A stretch of DNA of 64,000 bases from Vulcanimicrobiota bacterium (GTDB lineage: Bacteria; Vulcanimicrobiota; Vulcanimicrobiia; Vulcanimicrobiales; Vulcanimicrobiaceae). Under the pieces are notes generated by a model that saw nothing but the letters and a program-made list of their open reading frames with translations, did not search any database and was not told the DNA's origin. Positions 1 to 10,155 of this stretch are shown piece after piece. A program made the translations under genes and the position numbers. The DNA lies in the NCBI GenBank assembly GCA_963723515.1, contig CAVRQT010000003.1, positions 128,001 through 192,000 on the forward strand, in the 5' to 3' direction. Position 1 is the stretch's first letter. Each line of letters begins with the position of its first letter.

Positions 1-25
1 CCCGTTCGTCAAACGGAATTCAATC

Positions 26-1670
26 ATGCAACGAATAGCTGTGGTTGGAGCAGGGACGATGGGCGCGGGCATCGCGCTGACCGCGGCGATCGCCGGCTTC
101 GACGTCGATCTTGTGGAGATCGACGCGGCGATCCGCGAGCGCGCAGGCGAGCGCTTGAAGCGCGACTCGCAACGCCTCGGCCGCTCCGATGCGCTGTCGC
201 GCATTCAGATGTGGGGCTCGATCGCCGAGCTTCGTGCGGTCGAGCTGGCGATCGAGGCGGTTCCTGAAAATCTCGCTCTCAAGCAGCAGGTGTTCACACA
301 ACTCGAGCAACGCTTAGGCGATCGCGCGATTCTCGCGACAAATACGTCGTCGCTCAGCGTTACCGAAATCGGCGACGCACTTGCCGATCCCGGCCGGTTG
401 ATCGGCCTGCATTTCTTCAATCCGGCGGCCGTGATGAAGCTCGTCGAAGTTGTTAAGACGAATCGCAATGACGAGACCGTTGTAGAGATCGGCCGCGCAT
501 TTGTGCAGTCGCTCGGCAAGACCGCAGTACTTACCGCCGATACACCGGGCTTCATCGTTAATCGCGTCGCACGCCCGTACTATCTTCAAGCGTTGCGTGC
601 GTTGGATGCCGGGCCGGCCGAGATCGCGGATCTCGATCTCTTGGCGCGCGGCGCCGGCTTTCGCATGGGCCCGTTCGAATTGATGGATCTGATCGGCTTA
701 GACGTCAATCTCGCGACGACGGAATCGATATACGAGCGAACGGAAGCGGCGCGCTTTGGGCCGGTGCCGCGTCAGCAGAAGATGGTCGCGGAGAAGAAGC
801 TAGGTCGAAAGACCGGGCGAGGGTTTCTACAGCGTACGAAAGCGATCGGGGTAACGCGATCGGCGCCAATTACGGCGCCTGAGCCGCCGGCTCGTAATGA
901 AGATGAAATGATTGTCGTCCTCGGCTTCGGCGACAATCGCGGAGACGATTGCTTCGTACGTTGCAGCAGACGTATGCAAACGTTCAGCAGATCCAGACCG
1001 ACATTGGGCCCGATGATGCATTTCGACGGACCTTGACGCTGAGCCGACGATCGTCTTCGATATCGGTGACGGCGTCTCAGATCGCATCAGCGGCGCTGGC
1101 CGAGATCGAAAACCTTATTTCGGATGATGCGGTTATCTTCTTTGATGCCTATGCGACGCCGATGCGAAGCATTGCCAAGCGCTTGAAGCACCCCGAGATG
1201 GTTGTCGGATACGGCATCGTTGGATCGTTGGAACGACAAGCCGTCGTCGAAATCGTTGATGCGGACGCAACGGATGATGATGCGCTGGCGCTTGCCGAAG
1301 AAATTTTCGCTGCGCTCGGCAAGCAGCACGATGCTCGTGGCGAGTTCCAGCGACTGTTTTTGGGGCGCGTTATCGGTTCGATTGTCAGCGAAGCAGTATA
1401 TGCGGTACAGGACGGCGTCGCTGCGCGTGATGACATCGATCTGGCGATGCAACTCGGCACGAACTATCCAATTGGCCCGATCTCGTGGGGCACAGAGATC
1501 GGCGCGTGAGCGCATCGCGCGAATGCTCGACGCAATTGGCGAATGCCGAAGGAAAGGAATTCGGGCCGGCCCGCGCGCTTGTGGGCGATGGATGCGCAGA
1601 GCGGAGCGGTGCGAGCAGATGGCCGAAGACAAATCGAGGTCAGCACCATGCGTACGGCACGGAGTTCTAA
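26..1670 (+). CDS. paaH: 3-hydroxyacyl-CoA dehydrogenase, PaaH-like long form (several apparent frameshifts after ~830; 3' end approximate)
   Basis: GAGTMGAGIA Rossmann motif, EAVPE, ATNTSSLS, GLHFFNPA, PGFIVNR, MGPFELMDLIGLD. A second C-terminal domain (DIDLAMQLGTNYPIGP) lies in ORF 949..1509. Confidence 0.85.
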
Positions 1671-1680
1671 CGGCCATAAC

Positions 1681-2871
1681 ATGAGAGACGTTGTCATCGT
1701 CGATGCGGTTCGCACGCCGATCGGGCGGTATGGCGGCGCGTTGGCAGGGGCGCGCCCCGATGATTTGGCGGCGACCGTCGTTAAGGCGCTTGTTGAGCGC
1801 ACCGGTGTCGATCCCGCAGCGATCGAAGATGTCTTCTTCGGCGCTGCGAACCAAAGTGGTGAAGATAACCGCAACGTTGGCCGGATGGCGGCGATCCTTG
1901 CAGGTTTGCCGTTAGATGTCGCGGGGGCGACGTTCAATCGGTTGTGCGGCAGCAGCCTGCAAGCGATCAACTCAGCCGCGCAAGCCATTGCATGGGGCGA
2001 TGGTGACGTCATCATCGCGGGCGGGGTCGAATCGATGACGCGCGCGCCGTTTGTACAACTGAAGTCGGAGCGCGCATTCGAACGTTCACCCCAAGTGTTT
2101 GATACGACGATCGGGTGGCGGATGATCAATCGCTCCATGCCCCACGAATATACAATCGCGCTCGGCGCAACGGCTGAGAACGTTGCCGAGCGCTATAAGA
2201 TCTCTCGTGAAGAGCAAGATCGATTCGCCTTCGAGTCGCAGCGTAAGACGAAGGCGGCCGTTGAGAGGGGCTGCTTCGATGATGAGTTGGTTCCCGTTAC
2301 GGTTGCACATGGAAAGCAGACAAGCGAAGTTGTCGCCGACGAACATCCACGGCCGCAGACGTCGCTCGAAGATTTGGCGCGACTGAAACCGGCTTTTAAA
2401 GAAGGCGGCACGGTGACCGCCGGAAATTCATCGGGGATCAACGATGGCGCGGCGGCGATCTTGCTGTGTGAAGCGCAAGCCGCAAAGCAATTTGGTTTTC
2501 GGCCGCTTGCCCGCATCGTCGCATCCGGCGTGGCCGGCGTTGACCCGCGCTTTATGGGCTTAGGACCGATTCCGGCGACGAAGAAGGCGTTACAGCGGGC
2601 TGGACTGCGGATGGAAGACGTCGATCTGGTTGAGATCAACGAAGCTTTTGCCTCGCAGTCGATCGCATGTCTGCGCGACCTAGAGATCGATCCCGCGAAG
2701 GCGAATCCGAACGGCGGCGCGATTGCGTTGGGACATCCGCTTGGAGCAAGCGGCGCGCGGATCATGACGACGCTCGTGCATGAGCTCCGCCGCCAAAACC
2801 TGCGCTACGGCGTGGCGACGATGTGCGTCGGAGTCGGGCAAGGAATAACGACAGTCATTGAAAGGTTGTAG
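1681..2871 (+). CDS. pcaF: Acetyl-CoA C-acyltransferase (3-oxoadipyl-CoA thiolase PcaF/PaaJ-like)
   Basis: MRDVVIVDAVRTPIGRYGG, ANQSGEDNRNVGRM, NRLCGSS catalytic Cys, NEAFA, GGAIALGHPLGASG, MCVGVGQG. ATG at 1681. Confidence 0.9.
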   Translation: MRDVVIVDAVRTPIGRYGGALAGARPDDLAATVVKALVERTGVDPAAIEDVFFGAANQSGEDNRNVGRMAAILAGLPLDVAGATFNRLCGSSLQAINSAAQAIAWGDGDVIIAGGVESMTRAPFVQLKSERAFERSPQVFDTTIGWRMINRSMPHEYTIALGATAENVAERYKISREEQDRFAFESQRKTKAAVERGCFDDELVPVTVAHGKQTSEVVADEHPRPQTSLEDLARLKPAFKEGGTVTAGNSSGINDGAAAILLCEAQAAKQFGFRPLARIVASGVAGVDPRFMGLGPIPATKKALQRAGLRMEDVDLVEINEAFASQSIACLRDLEIDPAKANPNGGAIALGHPLGASGARIMTTLVHELRRQNLRYGVATMCVGVGQGITTVIERL

Positions 2872-2874
2872 AAG

Positions 2875-4350
2875 ATAACAAAGACACAACTGCTCATTGC
2901 CGGCGATTGGCGCGACGCCGCCGAGGGCGCCTCGTACGTCGATCGCAATCCGGCGACGAGCGAAGAGCTTGCGCAGGTCGCGAGCGCCTCTGCTGCCGAT
3001 GTCGATCGCGCGGTGCAAGCCGCGCGTAAGGCCTTGGAGAGCGGGAAGTGGGCCACAATGGCCGCCTCGCGTCGCGCGAAGATCGTCTACAAGGTCGCGC
3101 AGTTGATCGCGGAGCGCGCAGAGGAGCTGGCTCTGCTTGAAGTTCGCGACAACGGCAAGACGATCGCCACGGCCAAAGGCGAGCTGAGCGCGATTATCGA
3201 CACGTTCGAATTTTACGCCGGTGCCGCGACCAAGAACTACGGTTCGACGTTACCTGCGCCTGTGCCGAACTACGTAGCGCACACGCTTGTCGAGCCGGTC
3301 GGCGTCGTAGGAGCAATCGTGCCGTGGAATTTTCCGTTGCTGCTTGCGAGTTGGAAGGTTGCACCGGCGCTTGCAACCGGCTGCACCGTCATCCTCAAGC
3401 CGGCATCCGCTACGCCGTTGACCGCACTCGAGCTTGGAAAAATTGGGCTTGAGGCCGGCCTCCCCGAAGGCGTCCTCAACATCCTTACCGGCCCCGGATC
3501 GGAACTGGGGCAAGCGCTCGTGGAGCATCCGGGGATCGACAAGATTGCGTTCACCGGAAGCACGTCGGTCGGCAAACGCGTCGCAAGCACGGCGGCGCAA
3601 ACGCTCAAACGAGTGACCCTCGAGCTCGGCGGAAAATCGCCGTCGCTTGTCTTCGACGATGCGGATGTTGATGCGGCGATCAACGGCGCGCTCTACGGTA
3701 TCTTCTACAACGCCGGACAAACATGCGAAGCACGTTCACGGGTTCTCGTTCACGAAGCAATCTACGATCAGTTCGTAAGTCGCTTCGGTGAGCAGGCGCA
3801 GAAGTTACGCATCGGCGACCCCGAGGATGCAAAGACGCAGATCGGCGCGATCACGGTCGAAGAGCAGCTCGAAAAGATTGCGGCCTACTGCGTATCCGGT
3901 GAAAAGGAAGGCGCGAAACGTCTGTTTGGCGGTCGTCGAGCCGCCGTCGGCAACGGGCAAGAGCGTGGAATGTTTTGGAGCGCTACGGCCTTTGAAGCCG
4001 AGCCCAACCATCGCATCGCGCAAGAGGAGATCTTTGGGCCGGTCGTCGTTTTCTTGAAATTCAAAACCGAGAGTGAGGCAATCGAGCTCGCGAACGATAG
4101 TGAATATGGCCTTGCCGCAAGCATCTGGTCAAAAGACATCAGCCGCGTCTATCGCGTTACGCGGGCGTTGCGCAGCGGCACCGTCGCAATCAACACGCCA
4201 TACGCGGTCTTTCCGGGCGTCCCGTTCGGCGGCTACAAGCGCTCCGGATACGGGCGGGAACTAGGACTAGAGACGATGCGCCTCTATTCTGAAACGAAGA
4301 GCGTTATAACGTATGTGGGCGAGAAACCCATAAATGCATTCGGGGTATAA
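2875..4350 (+). CDS. NAD(P)-dependent aldehyde dehydrogenase (start uncertain; ALDH-like sequence begins ~46 codons before the first canonical start, GTG 3013)
   Basis: PWNFP, FTGS, LELGGKSP, NAGQTC, EEIFGPV, PFGGYKRSGYGRE. The upstream in-frame segment KTQLLIAGDW..NPATSEELAQV is a typical ALDH N-terminus. Confidence 0.9.
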   Translation: MTKTQLLIAGDWRDAAEGASYVDRNPATSEELAQVASASAADVDRAVQAARKALESGKWATMAASRRAKIVYKVAQLIAERAEELALLEVRDNGKTIATAKGELSAIIDTFEFYAGAATKNYGSTLPAPVPNYVAHTLVEPVGVVGAIVPWNFPLLLASWKVAPALATGCTVILKPASATPLTALELGKIGLEAGLPEGVLNILTGPGSELGQALVEHPGIDKIAFTGSTSVGKRVASTAAQTLKRVTLELGGKSPSLVFDDADVDAAINGALYGIFYNAGQTCEARSRVLVHEAIYDQFVSRFGEQAQKLRIGDPEDAKTQIGAITVEEQLEKIAAYCVSGEKEGAKRLFGGRRAAVGNGQERGMFWSATAFEAEPNHRIAQEEIFGPVVVFLKFKTESEAIELANDSEYGLAASIWSKDISRVYRVTRALRSGTVAINTPYAVFPGVPFGGYKRSGYGRELGLETMRLYSETKSVITYVGEKPINAFGV

Positions 4351-4677
4351 ACGCACATCGAACAGCTAAAAATCGGACAGACCTACGAAACGACGTACGG
4401 CACGCTTTGGAAGGAAGGCACGTATTTTCCGCGCGGTACGAAGGTCGAGGTCGTCGGCGTTCATCTCGAGCAAGGATTTTGCGTGCGCTTTCCCGCGGAA
4501 GTTGATGGCGAGCCGCTCGAGACGTGGGAAGATTGGGCCGAATCCGATTTTCTCGCCGAAGAAGGCACCGTTGAACCGACGCAAACGATCTCTGCCTCGG
4601 TGCTCGCTGAAGCGCGCGAGGTGCTCAGCGATGCGGAAGACGGCTGTCACCTGCACCTTCACGAAGGCGAAGAGTAG
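4351..4677 (+). CDS. Small acidic hypothetical protein (open frame 4351-4677; first canonical start GTG 4483)
   Basis: An open frame with protein-like composition fills the gap between the ALDH stop and the convergent paaX stop. Confidence 0.5.
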   Translation, partial: THIEQLKIGQTYETTYGTLWKEGTYFPRGTKVEVVGVHLEQGFCVRFPAEVDGEPLETWEDWAESDFLAEEGTVEPTQTISASVLAEAREVLSDAEDGCHLHLHEGEE

Positions 4678-4689
4678 CGGTCGCGCGTC

Positions 4690-5511
4690 TTACAGCGCGC
4701 TCTTGAAGAACCGTTCGGCCTTCTGAGAAATCAAACCGTAATATTGCCGGAAGATCGCGGAGGCGACGCTGCCGGGCCAATGCGCCGGAAGCAACGCGCT
4801 GGGTAGTCCGGGATCGACATATAAGAATTTGCGAAAGTCCTGAACGAGTTGCAAGCGTTCGATGAATGCGTCGCGCTCGCTGAGCGCGCGAGCGGAGCGT
4901 TCTTTTTCAATCCGCGGTTCGTAGAATGCAACGAACTCGCGATACGCGGCGGCGATCGCCTCGACGTTCCAGCAGCGTTCCAGCAGATCGCGGTCGCCCA
5001 TGGGCCCCTCGTAGTCGGCGATGAAGAGTTGCACGTTGCCGGAGAGAGCGGGCTGCCTTGCGAGCTCTTGAATTTCGGCGCGAACGTCGCGCGGCGAGAT
5101 CCAAACCGCCGGCGCGAGCGGCGCAAAGCCGAGCAGCGCCAACTCTTTGCGCAAACGGTCCCGCAGTTGCCGCTGCTTTTCCGCAATGCCGTAAACGACG
5201 ATCCGCCAGCGTCCATCCCATTCACCTGCCGGTTCATAAATGCGCGGCGCAATATGTGCGATGCGGTTTGTGCCGTGTTCCGTAAGCGCGTATGAAGCGC
5301 GCCCGCCATCTCTTACGCGCGCGAGCCAGCCCTGTGCGGCCATCCGTGAAAGCGCTTGGCGCACTGCCTGTTCGCTGATGCCTAGCTCCGCCATCAGCCT
5401 CACCAAGCTGCCGACCGGCAGTCTGCCGTTGCACATCCGGCCGAAATCACCGTATAGCGTGAAGATGAGCGATGCGGCTCGAGCCGCCTTGACAGCCGTG
5501 GCGTTGCGCAT
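4690..5511 (-). CDS. paaX: PaaX-family transcriptional regulator
   Basis: SLIFTLYGD, LGISEQAVRQALSRM winged helix, WDGRWRIVVY, LGFAPLAPAVWISP, DPGLPSALLPAHWPG. Confidence 0.92.
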   Translation of the reverse strand: MRNATAVKAARAASLIFTLYGDFGRMCNGRLPVGSLVRLMAELGISEQAVRQALSRMAAQGWLARVRDGGRASYALTEHGTNRIAHIAPRIYEPAGEWDGRWRIVVYGIAEKQRQLRDRLRKELALLGFAPLAPAVWISPRDVRAEIQELARQPALSGNVQLFIADYEGPMGDRDLLERCWNVEAIAAAYREFVAFYEPRIEKERSARALSERDAFIERLQLVQDFRKFLYVDPGLPSALLPAHWPGSVASAIFRQYYGLISQKAERFFKSAL

Positions 5512-5568
5512 GCTAGTATAACGTTATTCTCACGACATCACAAAATTCCGTCACAGCGACGAGGAGAC
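5489..5568 (+). promoter_or_regulatory. Candidate promoter/operator region between divergent paaX and the boxB-like gene
   Basis: TTGACA 5489-5494, TG-c-TAGTAT 5511-5519, perfect palindrome ATAACGTTAT 5518-5527, TCAC at 5530/5538/5551, GAGGAG RBS 5561-5566. Confidence 0.4.
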
Positions 5569-5579
5569 ACTTCCGAACG

Positions 5580-6701
5580 ATGACGCGCATAGCGACCTTC
5601 GATGACTGGGTCGATCTGCTGCGGCAATGGCAGCACGATATCGGGCTCGACCAGGAACTGGTCGAGCGCTACATGCCCGGCTACGAATTTGAAGCCAAAT
5701 ACGGCGAATTGCCGACAGACGAGATCACCTTCGGTGAGTTTGCCGGCGAGCGCAAGTGGGAGAAAGTCCTGGAGATTCCCGATCAGCGCATGCGCGATGC
5801 CGTCTTGAACATGGTCGTCTATCAGGGCGATACGGAGTTCGCTTCCAACGAGCAGCAGCGTTTTCTCGTCAACAACGCGCCCAGCGAGTACGATCTTGCT
5901 TCGCTCGTTCGCATCATGGTCGAAGAGACGCGCCATGGCTATCAGATGTGCCATCTGATGATCAAGCACTTTGGCGAAGACGGCAAAATAGAAGCGCAAA
6001 AGATGCTCGAACGGCGTGCTTACGGCAAGAAGAACCGCTTGCTGAATGCCTTCAATGACGACGTGACGCATTGGCTCGATTTCTTCGCGTATACGAATTT
6101 CATGGATCGCGACGGAAAATTCCAGTTGACGATGCTCTCGCACTCCGGCTTTGCGCCGTTGGCGCAATCGATGGGCCCCATGCTTCGCGAAGAGTCCTTT
6201 CACATGGGAACGGGAGTCTCGGGTTTGAAGCGGATCGCGCAAGCCGGCGTCATTCCGGTTGAGCTGCAGCAGAAGTACTACAACAAGTGGCTCTCGGGTT
6301 CACTCGACCTCTTTGGAACGGACCACTCGAGTTCCGCGCAATGGGCGTATGCCTGGGGCATTAAGGGGCGCGTCGATGAGGACAAGACGCAAGACCAGGT
6401 CGACCGCGAGCATTTGAATGAACGCGCCCGCGCGCAGTTCTACGACGAGGCCTCCAAGACGGTCGAGAGGGTCAATAGCGTCAATCCGTCGCCGACGAAG
6501 TTGTACATTCCGGATTTGCGCTTCAATCGTGAAATCGGGGAATTCGCCGGTCAGCGTTGGAGCGTTGATGGACGTCGCTTAACCGAAGAAGAGTGGCAAG
6601 CATACGCGCCGACGGTCCTTCCGAACGTACAAGATGAAGCGGCGCTCGCAGAACTTTTCAAGAGTCCGAATTGGATCGCACCGAAAGGAAAGGCAGCATG
6701 A
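5580..6701 (+). CDS. boxB: BoxB-like ferritin-fold di-iron aromatic-CoA epoxidase (short form, 373 aa)
   Basis: QGDTEFASNEQQR, APSEYDL, VEETRH, NAFND, DRDGKFQL, EESFH match the BoxB pattern as I recall it (QGDTEPASVEQQR, EEGRH, DRDGKFQL, EEAHH). Two ExxH iron motifs. Confidence 0.8.
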   Translation: MTRIATFDDWVDLLRQWQHDIGLDQELVERYMPGYEFEAKYGELPTDEITFGEFAGERKWEKVLEIPDQRMRDAVLNMVVYQGDTEFASNEQQRFLVNNAPSEYDLASLVRIMVEETRHGYQMCHLMIKHFGEDGKIEAQKMLERRAYGKKNRLLNAFNDDVTHWLDFFAYTNFMDRDGKFQLTMLSHSGFAPLAQSMGPMLREESFHMGTGVSGLKRIAQAGVIPVELQQKYYNKWLSGSLDLFGTDHSSSAQWAYAWGIKGRVDEDKTQDQVDREHLNERARAQFYDEASKTVERVNSVNPSPTKLYIPDLRFNREIGEFAGQRWSVDGRRLTEEEWQAYAPTVLPNVQDEAALAELFKSPNWIAPKGKAA

Positions 6702-7594
6702 CCGTTCGACACGCAGCTCCCTTCGACAAGCTCAGGTGACAGCTCGGCAAGATCGGCGCGTAAGGAGACACCGTTCGGACGCGAGGGCCGGCCGCTCGAC
6801 GGCAAGCGTCTCATTAACTCTAGCCGCGAAGGGCACATCGCGCTGCATCGAGATGAACGACCCGCCCGCCAATACGTACACGCACGAGATGATGCGCCAG
6901 CTCGATGACGCGATTTTGGATGCGCGCTTCGACGATGAGGTCGAAGTGATCGTCGTGACGGGATCCGGTGAGAAGTTCTTCTCCGCCGGCGCCAACATCG
7001 GCATGCTTAACTCGCGTCACGCCACAGTTCAAGTACATGTTTTGCCTGCATGCCAACGAGACGCTCTGCCGATTCGAGCAGACGCCCAAACTCGTTATCG
7101 CGGCGCTCAACGGCCACACGGTCGGCGGCGGCCTCGAGATTGCAATGGCGTGCGACATTCGCATCGCGCGCAAGGACGCTGGCAAGATCGGTCTGCCCGA
7201 AGTCGCGCTCGGCGTGCTGCCTGGCACCGGCGGAACGCAACGCTTGGCGCGCCTTGTCGGAAAATCCAAAGCGATCGAGCTGATGGCGTCGGGCCGCACC
7301 TTTAGCTTCGAACAGGCGCTCGATTTTGGAATCGTCAACGAGATCTTCGAAGGCGATGCGCAGTCGTTTCGCGAGCAAGTGCTGAGCTACGCGAAGCAGT
7401 TCGCATCGCCCAACAAGGCGCCGATGGCGGTCGGACATATCAAGCGGAGCGTGCAAACGGGCATTGAACTGCCGCTCAACGATGCACTGGCGTTGGAACG
7501 CGAGCTGCAATCGCTGCTCTTCAAGAGCGAAGATGCAAAAGAAGGGCTCGCGGCCTATAACGAAAAGCGCGTTGCGCGCTTCAAAAACCGCTGA
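6698..7594 (+). CDS. Enoyl-CoA hydratase/crotonase resembling the N-terminal half of BoxC (frameshifted; N-terminus contains a hairpin repeat)
   Basis: PPANTYTHEMM, FFSAGANIGML, FCLHANET, NGHTVGGGLEIAMACD, GLPEVALGVLPGTGGTQRL. ATGA overlap with the boxB-like stop. Confidence 0.85.
6719..6741 (+). repeat. Hairpin repeat copy, TGACA-tail type
   Basis: CCCTTCGACAAGCTCAGGTGACA, with CAGCTC at both 6714-6719 and 6740-6745. Confidence 0.8.
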
Positions 7595-7645
7595 TCGTCC
7601 GGCGAATGCTACACCGCGCACACGCTAGGGTCGCGTAGGATTACA

Positions 7646-9387
7646 ATGATCAATTTGAGCGCAATCATTGGCACGGCACTCTTAGCGGCCCAACTTGCCG
7701 CGGCGCCGGCGCCGCCGCTCCGTCCGTCAAGCGACGCGACGCTCAATGCCTTGGCGCAAGCCTATTTCGCTTACGCGTGGCGCGATAATCCGGTGCAGGC
7801 GACGAACGCCGGCGTGCATACGTACGACACGGCGCTTGGTTCGTACAGCGCGGCGGCGTATCGCGCGCGCATTGCGGCGGCCAAATCGTATCTGCGCGCG
7901 CTGCACGCGATCGACCGGCGTAAACTTTCTACCGAAGCCGGATACGACTATGCGATCTTTGAAAGCCGCCTCCGCGCGACGCTGCTCTCGCTTCGAAACG
8001 GAGCAGAGTTGGCGGCATCATCCAAGCCAATACACCGGCGCCGCCTCAAATGCGATCTTCTCGCTGATCAAGCGTGACTTTGCGCCGCTCGACGTGCGCC
8101 TGGGCGACGCAATCGCGCGAGAACGTCAAATTCCGAAGTTACTGGCAGACGGTGCGGCAAACATCACCACGGTCGATCCGACGACCGCGCAAATCGAAGC
8201 CGCCGACGTCAAAGGCGCGATCACGTTCTTCTCGACGATCGTTCCGCAAGCGTTTCACGAGCGTTAGCGATCCGCTGTTGCAAGCGCAGTTCAAGACGGC
8301 CAATGCGGCGACCATTGCGGCGATTGAGCGGTTCAGCGATCGAATGATGGCGGGACCATTCGCGCATCCCTCCGGCACTTATGCCATCGGAGCGAAAGAC
8401 TTTGCCGCCCGCCTAGCGTTGCAAGAGCTGACGCCGATTCCGCTCACTGAGTACGAGCGCGTCGGAATGCGCGCGTTGGACCAAACGAAGGCGCAATTTG
8501 TCGCGATCGCGCAGCAGATCGATCCAGCGAAGACGCCGCAGCAGGTTGCGGATGAAATCGGCGTCGACCATCCAACCGCGGATCAACTGCTTCCTGCGGC
8601 GCAGCGCGATCTTGACGATCTGCGCGCCTTTGTGATCCAACACCACATCGTGACGCTGCCGCCCGATTACAACATCAAGGTCGTTCCGACGCCGGTCTTC
8701 GCACGGCAGACCACCTTCGCATCGATGGATGCGCCGGGGCCATTAGAGACGGTGGCGACGCAAGCATACTATAACGTGACGCCCGTTGAACCGGATTGGT
8801 CGCCGCAGCGTGCCGAATCGCACCTAACGTTTTTCAACAATTACTACCGTCCGATCGTCGGCGCGCATGAGGTGATGCCCGGTCACTACGTCAATTTTAC
8901 GCTGAACCGGCACGAAAAGCTCTCGCTGATTCGCCGGCTCTTCGCAAGCCCGTCATATGCCGAAGGGTGGGCGCATTACGACGAGCAGATGATGGTCGAT
9001 GAAGGGTGGGGCAACGGCAATCCTAAGGTTCGTTTAGCGCAGCTTGAGGGCGCGCTCTTGCGAGAAGCCCGCTACATCGTTGGTTTGCGCGAGCATACGC
9101 AAGGCATGACCGTCGACCAAGCGACGCAATTCTTCATCGACAACGCCTTCGTCGGGCAAGAGCCGGCGCATCGCGAAGCGTTGCGCGGGACGCAGGATCC
9201 GCTTTATGGCTACTACACGCTCGGCAAACTCGAGCTGCTCAAACTGCGCGACGATTATCGTCGCAAGATGGGGGCCGCATATTCGCTGCAGCGCTTCCAT
9301 GACGCATTTCTTGCGCACGGCGATCCGCCGATCGCGATCACGCGAAAGGAATTGCTCGGCAAATCTGACGACGGCCGTTTGCTCTAG
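7646..9387 (+). CDS. DUF885-family secreted protein (two apparent frameshifts)
   Basis: Signal peptide, then HEVMPGH, YAEGWAHYDE, YTLGKLELLKLR, FHDAFLAHG. Confidence 0.85.
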
Positions 9388-9407
9388 GGAAGCGGCGGCG
9401 ACACGCT

Positions 9408-10139
9408 CTATGAAACGGACGTCGCGGTGAATTTCGGGCACAGCAGCGTGTCGATCGGATCGGTAGCGATCGAATCGAGATAGCCCTCGGGAATATTCAA
9501 TTCGAATGCCGACGGCCAAGGCGTCGCAGGCACCGGAAACTTGACCGGGATCCTGACATAGTGATACTCGCCGGTCGCCGTACGTAACTTCATAACGACG
9601 GAAAGCGATTCGATCGCCCTATCGGGCAGTTGCGGCATGAATTGCGCATAGTATGCGTCTTCATCTTTTTCGATCGTCGTTTGCAGCGGGATCGGATTTG
9701 AGATCGGCTGATTGCACGGCGCGTTTCGATCGAGTGCGACGAACTCGGGTTGCGCGTACGAGAATGCTGCCGGTGTGGTACCTGTCAAGAGCAACGGCAC
9801 TCCGCCAGGAGACGGGCCGCTTGCAAGGGTTTCTTTGATGTTCCGCAGTTGGTCCGGGATGAAGAAGACGAAATCAGAAGCGCTGCAGCCGTATTTCGGA
9901 ACGCTGACTTGCAGACGGTAGAGGCCGCGAGGCACATCAAACTCCACGACCGGCTCCTCGCCGTAGCCCCGATCCGCCGAATAGGTACGGTCGACTTGCG
10001 GCCGGCCGATTCGATCGCTCACGCGTACGTGCATCGCAAAGGCGGTTTGCGCCCTCAAGCGTGAAATCGGGCCACAGAGGCCAACGTGAAGCGCGACATG
10101 CGTTAGACCGTTCATCGAACCGCGCTCTCCGTTCGCCAT
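9408..10139 (-). CDS. Hypothetical protein, probably exported (start uncertain)
   Basis: Long open frame with beta-rich composition directly downstream of the ligase. No family recognised. Confidence 0.55.
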   Translation of the reverse strand: MANGERGSMNGLTHVALHVGLCGPISRLRAQTAFAMHVRVSDRIGRPQVDRTYSADRGYGEEPVVEFDVPRGLYRLQVSVPKYGCSASDFVFFIPDQLRNIKETLASGPSPGGVPLLLTGTTPAAFSYAQPEFVALDRNAPCNQPISNPIPLQTTIEKDEDAYYAQFMPQLPDRAIESLSVVMKLRTATGEYHYVRIPVKFPVPATPWPSAFELNIPEGYLDSIATDPIDTLLCPKFTATSVS

Positions 10140-10155
10140 CTCTAGGACGAACGCT

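Noticed and set aside
1681..4677. Stop-codon readthrough making a thiolase-ALDH-unknown polyprotein (all three in one frame)
   Set aside because: The two stops differ (TAG, TAA), both fall at normal family C-termini, and both codons terminate other genes here. Re-initiation is the simpler explanation.
7380..7398. TGCTGAGCTACGCGAAGCA fits the repeat hairpin shape inside the crotonase
   Set aside because: It lacks TTCGA and the tail, and encodes ordinary crotonase helix residues (VLSYAKQ). Probably chance.
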